DNA of 64,000 nt from the human T2T-CHM13v2.0 reference genome, Homo sapiens: assembly GCF_009914755.1 (NCBI RefSeq), contig NC_060927.1; one strand, 5' to 3'. Below the pieces are notes generated by a model, which was not told where the DNA came from, searched no databases, and was given only the letters and a program-made list of their open reading frames with translations. Position numbers and translations under genes: made by a program. Positions 40,050 to 53,644 of the stretch are shown here, piece after piece. Each line of letters starts with the position of its first letter. Position 1 is the first letter of the stretch.

Positions 40050-40306
40050 GGCTGCCAATGGAGGCCAGAAGTTCGAGACCAGCCTGGCCAATGTGGTGAA
40101 ACCCTGCCTCTACTAAAAGTACAAAAATTAGCTGGGCGTGGTAGTGCACACTAGTAATCCCAACTACTCAGAAGGCTGAGGCAGGAGAATGACTTGAATC
40201 TGGAAGCAGAGGTTGCAGTGAGCCAAAATAACACCACTGCACTCCAGCCTGGGTGACAGACTGAGACCCTGTCTCAGAAAAAAAAAAAAAAAAAAAAAAA
40301 AAAAAA
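40050..40306 (+). mobile_element. AluSx-like with 5' deletion and pure A tail
   Basis: agttcgagaccagcctggccaa...gcactccagcctgggtgacaga; about 29-nt A run. Confidence 0.9.
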
Positions 40307-41109
40307 GCACTAAGAAAAAGACTCTGGTATATTTTGGTTTTATTTAATCAACCAGCATTAACTTACTGCACATTCTGTTTTCCATTTTCTGAATGGCCAC
40401 AGGAAGCTAAGAAAGACCGTTGATAGAAATGAGAAGTTGTTCAAGTAAGGGAGCCAAAACACCCAAAACTACTGAATACTAAGAAAATTGGTTTTATTAA
40501 TGGTGCCAGTCTCAAGACTGTATTAGGCTAATACAAGAGACATTGGCATAGGTTAAGAATTTGCCCCATCTACCTACATACCCTGTGGCAGATCTCTGAA
40601 CCCTTTGAAATTCTGCATTAAACGAATGATAATCACTTCTAGAACATCTTCTTGAGAAAAATCTGAGTTCTTTCTTTGCTGCATTGACATTAGGACATTT
40701 CTCATGGTTTTAGCTAGGGCCTTTACCAAATACACTTATGTATATAGCATTTATTCTGTAAGAGATATATGTCTAAAGTTTGAATTGGCAGTTATATGTA
40801 TATTAGTATTTAAAATTTAAATTGATCCCCTTGCAAATTAGTCTGTAAATAAAAAGACATGAAAAGATTTTTTTTAAGTCACTGATTTTTTTATGTGAGA
40901 ATATGGGTTTGGAATTTTTGGTGTTGCTTATTACTTAATTTATTCAACATGATTAGTCTTTCAACAAAATTGTCTTCATGTACAGCAGTCACTATAATCA
41001 GAATTAAATGAGGTAATAAAACTGAAGCATAATCAATGTTCATTATATGTTAGAGGAAAGAATATATCTGACATCGGGTGCACATGGTATGGTAATATTT
41101 ACATAGAAA

Positions 41110-41500
41110 GTGTAATTAATTGCCTTATTAGACCTAACTCTTTAATATTTTCTGTATCCATGCCATTTTCCATGTAACCCTGCTCTATGTCTTTGGGCTA
41201 GGCCATGTGATTTCATTGGTCCAACGAATGCCTGTAGAATTTCAACAAAAGGAGGCTTAATATAAGCTAGCAGTTTGTACTTCCTTTGTGCAGTTCTGAC
41301 GTAGCCACAATAAGAAAAATTATCTGCTAGGCTGCTGCTACATAGAGTATGAGAAACAGATGGAGCTGGCTTGCAATCTTCTGGTCAAAATGAGCCCACT
41401 CTAAATAAACTTACCTACAAATGCACAGATAAAATGGATTATTTCCATGAAAAGGTGCACAATTTTAAAGTAGTTTGTTATTTATTATTTCCACAATGGT
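41110..41500 (+). mobile_element. Old MLT1 (G/H/J-type) MaLR LTR
   Basis: ttgggctaggccatgtgatttcattggtccaa...gtagtttgttat. Confidence 0.5.
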
Positions 41501-42724
41501 TGATAAATAAAGAATGATAAGGTGGAAACTGCAAGTTGCAATCAGAAAATGGAGGGGTTTTTATTTTGGATTTCATTCTTCTACAAGGAACTGTTTATAT
41601 TTACATTTGTACGATGCAGTCATATGTTGGGGATAAACCACATATTAGAGTACAAATTGGTTTCAGAATCAATATTTAGAAGGTTGGATTGAATGATTAC
41701 TTCAATATCATTTCTGATATTGCTGAACTTGTACATTATTAATTAATGATTACGAAATCTTATTGGTTGACTTCATTTCTAATTAGAATAAAAAGATTAA
41801 CACCATGATAAAAAAACTTGTCTGACAAATTATTAGCACCTGTATATTCACTTTCAGATACTGACAAAATATTTGAGTCATACACATGTCAATGATCATG
41901 AAACAGATACGGCAAAGTCCATAAGTTAGGAATCATGCAAGTTTAATATTTTGCTGCTTTTTAAATCTGTGATTACAACATAGAAGTACTTAATTTACAA
42001 AAGAGAGAGGGTCCTTTTAATTGTCTTTCTTTCATCGAAGACAAATCACTTGATGACAAATTATTTTTAAATTGCCTTTGTTACATACTTGTAAAATATG
42101 TTGAAACAAAATGAAAAACCAACTAATGTTTTTGATGTGACATATTATGAAGTAAATTTCCCAAAAAAACTTTAAATATAGTTAATCTTCTAAATCTTAT
42201 TTCTAGATTGTAGAAAAAAACAAAGAATTAAAAATTAAGAAATTCTCCATGCCTCACTGTCTTATTTCTCACCTAAGTACAGCTACCTAGATTTGATAAT
42301 TCTACAATGTGTATATACTTCAAAACATCATGTTGCACATAATAAAACATACAAAATTATCTGTCATTTTAAGTTTAATAACAATAAAAGAGCTATGGTT
42401 TTCTCAGAAATTTTACCTTTTTCTACACAAAATATTATTTTGAACTATAAATTACATCAGCTTTATTTTAACATTAAGCAAATTACCTACATAAAATTTC
42501 ATAATAACTTTCTTCCTCAAAAATTGGGTTAGTGTGTAAGTGGTTTTAAGTGTGCCTAGTGGAAATTAGAAAGGCCCTCTCATTTAAATGATGATAACTT
42601 TGTGATCAGATACTATTTCCCATAAATGTGCTATCATAATTAAGGAACATAATTCTGCATAATATTTATTTACTTGGAAGTATTTGACCTCTGTGAGAGA
42701 CATAATAAATTACGATGTAATTAA

Positions 42725-42996
42725 TTTTTTTTTTTTTGACAAAGTCTTACTCTGTCACCCAGGCTGGAGTGCTGTGGCCTTACTCCAGCTCACTGCAAAC
42801 TCTGCCCCCCATGTTCAATTCTTGTGCCTCAGCCTCCAGGCATGCACCACCACGCCTGGCTCTTTTTTGTATTTTTGGTAGAGACGGGGTTTTGTCATGT
42901 TAGCCAGTCTGGTCTCAAACTCCTGGCCTCAAGTGACACCCCTGCCTTTATCTCCCAAAGTGCTGGGATTACAGGCATGAGCTACCACTCCTGACC
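42725..42996 (-). mobile_element. AluJ/S with internal deletions
   Basis: ctctgtcacccaggctggagtgc...tcccaaagtgctgggattacaggcatgagc. Confidence 0.9.
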
Positions 42997-45582
42997 TTTG
43001 ATGATATTAATATTAAGACAAAAACACAACCAGATGCTTATCTTTATAGTTTCCCTTCTCTTATCTGAGTTCCTAGGTTTATAAGTAAGCCAGGTTATAA
43101 GTGATTCACAGTATTACAGGTTTGTACATGTATAGATATAAGTATTTTTTCTTGAAAATTACCTTGGGGTAAGTTTTTCTGTGTTTGTTTACTGTAGATA
43201 TATTTTATACATGAATATGAAATGTTGATTGCATTGATATTTTCAATCAATATCAGTAAGAAAAATTTTCTACTATTGATACATGACAAATTGATATGTC
43301 TTAAAAATTATCATTTTTTAAAAAAATTACCAACCTGTACTTGAAATGTAATCAGTATTAGAAAATGCATATCCAATTATATCTTTCCTTTTCCATGGCA
43401 GATGTGTGATTTGGTATTAAATTAATTACCAAATGCCTTTGCATTCTAACAGTTGGATATTTTAGACTTCAAAGGCAAATAGATTTTGAAGCAATATAAT
43501 AACAAGCTTAGAAGTGTGAAGTGCAGCAGGGCAGAAAAGTGGAAAATCAACAGGCTGAGTTGTGAGTATTTTTCAGAAGAGTTAATAAATCATAGTGTGA
43601 CAACAGTAAAAAATGCAAGTCATATGTAGTACAAACATAATTCACTATAAATCAAATTTTATATCTGTTTAACAATATAATTAAAATTCAAGATGGCACA
43701 TTATTGTACACATGGATTTCTAGTTAGATTTATTATGTTTCTGAATATCATCCTAGAAGTTCATCATATTTCTGTATAATTTTTGTTGTAATTGGCAGTA
43801 AACATAAAAACTGAATATTTTGGAAGTTTAACATTTTTTAATGAAGACATTTCCAAGTACCAGTGCTTTCAAACTTTCATTATTTTACAGTTAGCTCAGG
43901 GTTAATAGAAACTCTTTAACCCTGAACTAATTTTACTTATTAATAAACTTTCCTTAGATACAAGTCATATATAGCATGACAATTATAATCTATATTAACT
44001 ATTGCTTACAAATGTTAAAAAATTCATCTGCATATTATAATCTAAAGTTCTTGAATGAAGTATCATTTTGAAACTCATCTACAGTCTTATTTCAAGTAAT
44101 TTGATTACCTATTACATATGAAAGTTGACAGAAAAAATTAGGAAATAAATCTCTATGTCTGTAAATACAACTTATTTTAATAGAGATACACAAATTATTT
44201 ATTTTGAAAGCTGTGTGTTTGATCTTAGGGACTTAAATATTTCTCACAGAAACGCTTATTTAATTAAAACAATTTGTGTATCTTCTATCAGATAACATTT
44301 ATTTTAAAAAGACTTTTAAGAAAAAAATGTTGCAACATTTTGACTAATATATTGATTATTCAATCACTATTTATGTAAATGGGTAGTTCAGCACCAAAAT
44401 TGTTTATTTGCTAAATATAAATACTCTGTGGAAGAACTGGTATTAATCATTCTCTGGTGAATAAGTCTAGATATTTTAGCGGATTTTATAAATAGTTCAA
44501 TTCTGCATTTGGCATGTTTTTTAATGTTTGCTTTCACATTGTCCCCTTTCCAGCCTCTCTCTCCTCCCCCTACCTCTTTACCCCTCTCTTTCTCTCTCAA
44601 TCTCTTTTTCTCTCTACTCTTCTCTCTTTGTGTGTCTCTTAAGCGCTTTGCCCTTTTCTTTATACATGATAGATATTTAATTTATATGTTTGATAAAAAT
44701 ACACTACAAAATGAACAAAATATTTGGTAAATACTCTGAAAACGTTATAGGAATATTAACCTATGAGCCATAACAAATGTAACAGAAAATTGAATAAGTA
44801 AATTTTAATTCATTTATTTTTCATGCTTAAATATACTATAGATACCATACATACAAAGTTATGCACCTAACTAAACTGACAGTTCTTTTAATGCTCTCAT
44901 TTTCTGGGACAAACACATAGCAGGGATCAGTTTTGGTTTTACGTTTATTAAATAATTCAAATATTATTCAAGTAAGTATGGAAGAATGTCACAAATGCCA
45001 ATAAATACCTTTCTATGACAGCAAATACTTTTGATTAATCATTTAATTATTGTTTAAATTTTATATTTACTATAAATAGAATATAAGGAGTAAAGTTAGC
45101 TAAGGACAAATATTATTATTTCATGAGATTACCCAATATTGTTTTTACTGATCATATTCTTTTTATTTTAAAAACATATGCAAAGTAAGTGTTGAAGTAA
45201 GTGAAACTCACTTAAATTCAGAAATTGTTCCAGGCAAAAAATCGTCAACATAACAAGTTTTTTTAATACTGTGCTATTTGAATGTAAATTTTGTTTTTAT
45301 TTGCAAGCTAAACACATCATAATCTATGAACTATATGGCATGATCAAAAGTACTAATGAATGCTTGGAAACAAACTGTGGTAATAAAAGCTTGTGAAAAA
45401 TGAATAGAAAACAACACCTGTGATTGAAATAAGTTATTTGAAATTTGTAACTCCTCAACAGAAGAAAAATAAAAATAACAGTTATAGACTTCTGGAAGAA
45501 ACAAATTCACTTTCTCCCATTCTCTCTTTCTGTGTGTGTGTGTGTATGTGTGTGTGTGTGTGCATGTGTGTGTGTGTGTGTA

Positions 45583-45829
45583 TTTAATTCCACTTCTAGA
45601 CATGTACCCAAATGAATTGAAAACAGGGATGCAAACAAATAAGTTCATGCCCATGTGTGTTGCAGCATTATTTACAGTAACCAAGAAGTGAGAACAAGCC
45701 AATTGTTCATCAGCAGATGAATGGATAAACAAAATGTAATATTATAATAATGAAGTGCCACTTGACTATACAAAAGAGTAAAGTACTAATACCTGCTACA
45801 ACAATAATGACTTGAAAGCATTATGTAAT
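45583..45829 (+). mobile_element. L1MB-type 3' fragment, left half (continues at 62251)
   Basis: aattccacttctagacatgtacccaaatgaattgaaaacagg...cttgaaagcattatg. Confidence 0.75.
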
Positions 45830-47712
45830 GGCGAGGAGGCAGAGCAATATGGCTAAATAGAACCCTCCAGTACACATTCCTCTCTTAAGAATGTCAAATT
45901 AAACAACTATACAAAGAAGAAAACAATTCCATAGGAATCAAAAATCAGATGAGTGATTACAGTACCTGGTTTTGTTATTATGTCAATAAAAGAAGCACTG
46001 AAGTGGATAGGAAAGGCAGTCTTGAATTGCATACACAATCCCTCCTTCATTACCCCTGGCAGTGACCTCAGTAGCACAGAGAGATAATCTGTGTACTGGG
46101 GAAGGGAGAGTGCAACGATTGTAGAACTTTGCATTGGAACTCAGTGCTGCTTACCACATGGGACAGCAACACAGAGCAGAACTCAGCTGGCGTCCAGAGA
46201 AGGAGCATTTAGACCAATCTTGGCCAGAGACAAATCATCCATTCTAGTGGTTGGAACCTGTAATTCAGGCAAGCACCACCACCGCAGGTTAATGTGCTCT
46301 GGGGTTCTAAACAAATTTGAAAGGCAATCTAAGCCACAAGACTGCAATTCTAAGGAAAGTGCTGCTGCTGGGCTGGGCTTAAAGCCAGTAGACTTGAGGT
46401 GAAGGTGAGACACCAGCTGGAGTGGCCAAGGGAGTGCGTGTGTCACTCCTCACCCAATCCAAGGCAGCTCAGCTCAGCTTAGCCAAAGAGGGTTAGAGTG
46501 GCAAGTGGGAGTTTGTGGTCTCTGCTTCCAGACTTTGGCTCCCGGATGGCATTTCTGGACCTGCAGTGGGCCAAAGGGGAGACCACTGGCCTGAAGGGAG
46601 AGATCCAGGCCTGGCAGCATTTTCACAAGCTGACTGAGGAGCTCTTGGGCCTTGAGTGAGCATTGATAATATCCAGGCAGCAAACAACATGGGCTCCTTG
46701 TGGTGGTGACCATAGCGTATTAGTCAGAGTTCTCTAGTGGGACAATATTAATGGAATTATATATGGGAGTTTCTTAAGTATTAACTCACATGATCACAAG
46801 GTCCCACAATAGGCCAACTGCAGACTGAGGAGCAAGGAGAGCCAGTCCAAGTTCCAAAACTGAAGAACTTAGAGTCTGATGATTGAGGGCAGGAATCACT
46901 CAGCATGGAAGAAAGATGTACGCTAGGAGAAAAACGCTGTTTTTCACATTGTTCTGCCTACTTATATTCTAGCCATGCTGGCAGCTGATTAGATTGTGTC
47001 CACCCAGATTAAGGGTGGGTCTACCTTTCCAAGCTCACTGACTCAAATGTTAATCTCTTTTGGCAGCACCCTCACAGACAAACCCAGAATCAATACTTTG
47101 TATCTTTCAATCCAGTCAGGTTGACACTCCGTATTAACCATCACAAGTCCATTCCTTGTCAACTTGAACCCATACACACCTCCTGAGATCACATATAATC
47201 TTCAAATAAAGACAATAATAAGGTCATAATTACACCTAGCCTAATACAACTAACAAATGGAAACACACCAATCCCCCACCCAAATACTATTACATAAAGT
47301 TAACAATACTTAAATACTGATGTTAGTCAATAAATCTTATGTCACGTGAAAAAGGAGAAAGGAAATAAAATGATATTTTCTTAGTACAAGTGTATACATG
47401 CACAAACATGTTTTTAAAAAAAGAAGAAGGAAATACTCATGATAATTACAGTCCTCATTTCTGCAGCTGGTTAGTTGGTCATAGCTGGTATTGATGACTA
47501 CCTTCTTCTAGTACCCATTCTGTAATCCCTTTGCCTTCTGCAAACACCTCAGCAGATCGTGGTTGTTTTCCTGGTGCAGTGACCCAAACCTTCATTCTTG
47601 AAGGGTCTGGGTCATTTGTAGTCCTGCCTGGATTGGGCTACTATAGTTTCCCATTGACCTTAATCACAGGGCATGGTAATACTAAGAGACACCCTAATGG
47701 ATCTCCTGTATT

Positions 47713-48027
47713 TCATGCATATTCTTCCTTACCTCTGTTCTGGAGTAGTAGACTGATTTCATCTTGATAGTCCAGGTCAGACACCCCAGCCAACACAGTA
47801 ACTTCCTTCTTAGCCGGTTGATCCAAAGGTAGGAGGAGCCCAAACTGTCCAGGTGGCAATCCTAACTTCCAGTTTAACAAAACTGTTGTGTCTCCTAGTT
47901 GCAGTGTACGTCCTTCTGGAACTAAGACCTCTAGCCCACCAGAATGTAATGTCGCAGGAACAGGAAGCAAAAACTTTGCTAGTGGATCACTTGGGGTGTT
48001 GGTGATTGGTGCCACTTCCACATCCAC
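47713..48027 (-). pseudogene. HERV-L dUTPase remnant
   Basis: GLEVLVPEG...LNWKLGLPPGQFGLLLP...VTVLAGVSDLDYQDEISLLL, a dUTPase-like motif series downstream of integrase as in ERV-L. Confidence 0.75.
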
Positions 48028-48196
48028 CCCTTGACTCCTGGACCTGTGAATCCTGGTTATAGGACAAACAGTACCATATATTGATCACTGATTCAGAACA
48101 TACACGACCTTCTTGAGAACTTTGCCCAGCCCTGCAAAGTATTGTCACATAGTTGGCATTGTAATTATAACTTCAAAAGGCCATTCCACTGTTCTT

Positions 48197-48616
48197 TCAA
48201 TCCAGCTGCTTCAGGAGGATTGGGAACATAATAAAACCTGTGAATTTTATGAGCATGAGTTCACTACTGCACTTCTTTAGTCGTAAAGTGAGTGCATTGG
48301 TCGGGGCAATGCTGTGTGGAATACCATGATGGTGGATAAGGCATTCCGTGAGTCCACAGATGGTAGTCTTGGCAGAAGCATTGCATGAAGAGTAGGCAAG
48401 CCCATACCTGGAGTAAGTGTCTATTTCAGTGAGGACAAACCTCTGCCTTTTCCGTGATGGAAGAGGTCTAGAAGAAAACAGGGGTATTGGGGCTGGCTCC
48501 TGAGGAGAGTCAACATTATCTTGCCTGGCAACTGCCTCAGGGGAAATCATCACTGTTGTCTCAGGCAGTTCAGGGTTTATCTTCTCAGACAAAGTTGGAA
48601 AGGCTGATGGCAGCAT
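48197..48616 (-). pseudogene. HERV-L gag/integrase fusion remnant
   Basis: Gag-like PEAVARQDNVDSPQEP is joined to integrase-like PLPSRKRQRFVLTEIDTYSRYG...LTECLIHHHGIPHSIA. Confidence 0.75.
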
Positions 48617-48981
48617 GGGTCAGGGAGGGGATGTTGTGACTACTGGGGATTGGGAAGCTGTTCCTTCTGGCAAAAAAGTTTCATCGGAGTTTACAAATGC
48701 AGTGTCCTCAGCTTCATCAGGGTCCTTCAACGATTTCCCATTCCAAGTTGCAGGCTCCCATTTTTTTCAAATCAATGCCCTCACTTCAGCAGTAGACACC
48801 TGGCAAGGTGCACCTTTTGTTGCAGCTCAGCCACTGTCATGATAAGAGCCTGTGTCTGATTTTCCACACTTTCAGTTGTTTCTCTACTGGAGATAAGACC
48901 CTCATTCAGGGCAAGCCTAGCAAATTTGAGGCTCAGTATCTGCTTTTGAAGCTAGGAGATAGAATCTTTGAGTTCATCATT

Positions 48982-49227
48982 TTATTTCAACACTTTGTTC
49001 AGTGAACTTAGGAGCAGCCAACCAGCTTCATTGTGTTCCTTGGTTCTCCACATATGGTCAAAGGTATTATGTATAGAGTCACTAAACTCTTTGCCTCTCA
49101 CAAGTGATAAATCAGGAGTTTCAAATGCATTTATTTTGGATAACTCTCTAAACAGTTCACACCAAGGACTATCAGTGTTCTCCATACTAATAGAAGTAGA
49201 GACTTTAGCATTTTTGGGTCTAATCAT
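48982..49227 (-). pseudogene. HERV-L gag N-terminal remnant
   Basis: MIRPKNAK...ENTDSPWCELFREL...EHNEAGWLLLSSL. Confidence 0.75.
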
Positions 49228-51803
49228 ATTAAGCAGCCAACAATAGGAACCCTAATAAGAACATATATATATATATATGTGTGTACATATATATATGTGT
49301 GTGTACATATATATGTGTACATATATATGTACACACATATATATGTACACACACAGACACACACGTGTGTGTGTGTGTATATATATATATATGAGCTTAT
49401 TAAGTATTAACTCACAAGATTACAAGGTCTCACAATAGGCCATCTACAGATGGAGGAGCAAGGAGAGCTAGTCCAAGTTCCAAAACTGAGGAACTCAGAG
49501 TCTGATGTTCGAGAGCAGGAAGCATCCAGCACGGAAGAAACATGTAGGCTGAAAGGCTAGGCCAGAGTCTCTCTTTTTCACATTTTTCTGCCTGCTTGTA
49601 TTCTAGCCATGCTGGCAGCTGATTAGATTGTGCCCACCCAGATTAAGGGTGGGTCTGCCTTTCCCAGCCCACTGCTTCATATGTTAATCTATTTTGGCTA
49701 CACCCTCACAGACACACTAATGATCAATACTGCATATCTTTCAATCCAGTCAAGTTGATACCCAGTATTAACCATTACACATGGGTACAGACTCCTTCTC
49801 CATGACAAAAGGAAGAGGAACAGTGGGAAAATCTCTGTCCTGTGACTTGAGTGCCAACTCAGCCACAGTAGAATAGAAATCCAAGTGGATTCCTAAGTTT
49901 CCTGACTCTCAGATGGCATTTCTGGACCTTTCCTTGGGCAGGGGAAAGAAGACCCACCACCCTGAAAGGGGGGATGCAAGCCTGGCTGTGTTCACCACGT
50001 GCTAATTGTAGAGCCTTTGAGCCTTCAGTGACCATATCCTGTAGCCAGTCAGTAGACATTGCGTGCCTTGAGACAGTTTCAATGCTTTGCTGGCTTTAGG
50101 TCTGAACTAGCACAGTCCCAGTGGTGGTGGCTATAGGGGTGCTTGTGTCACTCCTTCATCAGCTCCATGCAGCTCAGGGGAGAGGAGAGAGAGAGAGAGA
50201 CAGAAAGAGAGAGGGAGAGACTCCATTTGTAAGGAAAAAAAGAGGAAGAGAACAGGTGTCTCTGTCTGGTAATCCAGAGAATTATCTAAAATTTTTCCCA
50301 AGACCACCAAAGAAGTACTCCTATGTGTGTGCTAGCTTCACAGCATTGCTGGGCTTGGAGTGCCCCATAATGCTGATACAATTGCATTGACCAAAGACTC
50401 AGATTACAAAACTCAATTCATCTGGAATACTTTAAAAGCCTTCCCAAGGAGGATGGGTACAAGCAAGGCCAGACTACAAAGAATACAATTAATAGCTAAC
50501 TTTTCAATGCCCTGATATCAACAAATATCCATAAGCACCAAAACATGACCTCACCAAATAAAATAAATAAGGCACCAGTAACAAATCCCAGAGTGACAGA
50601 GATAATGTAACTTTAAAGTAAGATAATTCAAAATAGCTATATTGACGAAGCACATTAAAATTCAAGATAACACAGAAAAGGAATTCAGAATCCTATCCGA
50701 TAAATTTATGAAAGTGATTGAAATAATTTTTCAAAAATCTGGCAGGAATTGTTTAGCTAATACATTCAATTAACATACCAAAGAATGTATCAGAGTATCT
50801 CAAGCATAACTGATCAAGTAGAAGAAAAAATTAGTGATCTTGAAACAGACTATTTGAAAATACACAGACAGAGGAGACAAAAGAAAAAAAAATAAAAAAG
50901 AGTAAAGCACATCTGTAAGATCTTGAAATGGCCTTCCAAAAGGCAAATCTAAGAGTTGTTGGCCTTAGGAGGAGGTAGAGAGAGAGAATGGGGTAGAAAG
51001 TTTTTTCAAAAGAATAGTAACACAGAATCCCAAAACCTAGAAAAATATGAACAGTATTTAAGTACAATAAGTTTATAGAGCACCAAGCAGATTTAGCCCA
51101 AATAAGACTTCTTCAAGAAATTTAATAATCAAACACCCAAAAAGCAAGGGTAAAGAAAGTCTCCTGAAAGTAGAAAAAGGAAAGAAACAAATAATACAAT
51201 GGAGCGGCAAAATGGCAGCATAATTCTCAATGGAAAATTGCAGGTCAAGGGAGACATACATAAAGTGATAAAAAAGAGGAACTTTTATCCTAGAATAGTA
51301 TTTAGAGCAAAAATATCCTGTATTCATGAAGGAGAAATAAAGACATCCCCAGAGAGAAACAAAAGCTAAGGGATTTCATCAACCTCATAACTGTCCTACT
51401 AGTATGCTAAAGGGAATTCTTCAATCTGAAAGAAACAGACCTAAATGAGCAAGAAATCATCTGAAGGTAGAAAACTCACTAGTAATTGAAAGTACACAGA
51501 AAAGCACAGAATGTGATAACTCTTATTGTGGTGTATAAACTACTCATATGCTGAGTAGAAAGACTAAAAGAGGACCCCATCAAAAATTACTACCAAAATT
51601 TCAAACATAGTATAATAAGAAATGAATAGAAACAACAAAAAGTTTAAAAGTAGGGAAATGAAGTTAGAGTGTAGAGGTTTTTAGTTTTCTCTTTATTTGT
51701 TTGTTTCTATAATTAGTGTTAAGTTGTAATAAATTTAAAATAATGAGTTATAAGATGTTATGTGCAAGCCTATGGTAACCTAAAATTTAAAAACCTATAA
51801 CAG

Positions 51804-51845
<42 letters not shown>

Positions 51846-52016
51846 GAAATTTAAACATGCTGCCAGAGAAAATTACCTTCAGTGGGAATGATGAAGGGTA
51901 GGAATAAAAGAAGGAATGGAAAACCACAAAACAACCAGAAAATAAATAACACAATAGCAGTGGAAAGTTCTTACTTACCAGTAATAACATTGAAGGTAAA
52001 TGGACTAAACGCTCAT

Positions 52017-52165
52017 TGAATCATTTGTAACACAAAGGAAAGATAAATAAAGTGATGGATAGCCTAGTTACCCTATTGTGATTATTAAGCATTGTGTGCC
52101 TATATCAAAATATCTCATGTACCCCATGAATATATACACCTATTATGTACCCAAAAAGATTTTTT
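52017..52165 (+). mobile_element. Short L1MA-type 3' end inserted at the start of the host ORF2
   Basis: tttgtaacacaaagg...tatcaaaatatctcatgtaccccatgaatatatacacctattatgtaccca; host reads aatggactaaac | aaaagac. Confidence 0.75.
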
Positions 52166-53644
52166 AAAAGACAAAGAGTAGCTGAATGAATAAAAAGTAC
52201 CAATTATCTGTTGCATAAAATGATCACACTTTACCTATAAAGACACACATGGATTGAAAATAAAGAGATGCCAAAATATATTCTATGTCAATTGAAATAA
52301 AAAAAGATGGGGGTAACTATACTTATATCAGACAAAATAGAATGCAGAACAAAAACTATAAAGGAGACAAAGAAGATTATTACACAATAATAAAGGGGTC
52401 AGTTTAGCAAGAGAATAAAACAATTGTAAATCTATATATACTAAACACTGGAGCACCCAGAAATATAAAAAATATATTATTAAAGACAGAGGTAGATCCG
52501 AACACAATAATAACTGGAGACTTAAATACCCTACTTTCTATATTAGATAGATCATTCAGACAGAATATTAACAAATATCACTTAATCTACCCTATAGACA
52601 AAATGGATCTAACAGATTTTTTTCAGAACACTTCATCCAATGGCTGCAGAATACATATTCTTTTCCTCAGCACATGGATCACTGTCAAGGATAGGCCAAA
52701 AAAGCAAACCTTAAAAATTCTAACAAAGTGCAATCAGATCAAGTATTTTCTCTGACCACAGTGCAATAAAACTAGAAATTAAATATATGAAGAAGTTTGG
52801 AAATGATACAAACACATGAATTTAAATAATATGCTCCTGAATAGCCAATGTATTAATGAAGAAATTTGAAATAAAACTTAAACATTTCTGAAAACAAATG
52901 AAGATAGAAATATGCATACCAAGACCTATGGAATACAGCAAAAGCAGTATTAAGAGGAAAGTTCATAATAATAAGAGCCAACATGAAAAAGTAGAAAAAC
53001 TACAAATAAACAACCTAACAGTGCATCTTAAAGAAACAGAAAAGCAAGAGCAAATCAAATAAAAAATTAGTAGAAGAAAATAAATAATAAAGATCAGAGC
53101 AGAAATAAATGAAATTGAAACAAAACAATACAAAAATCAATAATGCAAAAGGGTTGTTATTTGAAAAGTAAGGAAGATTGACAAACTTTTAGACAGACTA
53201 AGAAAAAGAGAGGAAATGTCCCTGTCTGACAGCTTTGAAGAGAGCAGTGGCTCTCCCAGCATGCAGCTGGAGATCTGAGAAAGGGCAGACTGCCTCCTCA
53301 AGTGGGTCCCTGACCCCTGACCCCCGAGAAGCCTAACTGGGAAACACCCCCGAGTAGGGGCAGACTGACACCTCACACGGCCGTGTACTCCTCTGAGACA
53401 AAACTTCCAGAGGAACGATCAGACAGCAGCATTCGCGGTTCACAAAAATCTGCTGTTCTGCAGCCACTGCTGCTGGTACCCAGGTAAACAGGGTCTGGAT
53501 TGGACCTCTAGCAAACTCCAACAGACCTGCAGCTGAGGGTCCTGTCTGTTAGAAGGAAAACTAACAAACAGAAAGGACATCCACATCAAAAACCCATCTG
53601 TACATCACCATCATCAAAGACCAAAAGTAGGTAAAATCACAAAG

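Larger units (their letters stand above)
46716..49779 (-). mobile_element. Internally deleted HERV-L provirus with two MLT2A LTRs (46716-47144; about 49250-49779); TSD CATAG/CATGG
   Basis: Homologous LTRs ending gtattaaccatcaca and gtattaaccattaca; ERV-L gag, integrase and dUTPase peptides on the minus strand; 5-bp TSD at 46711-46715 and 49780-49784. Confidence 0.92.
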
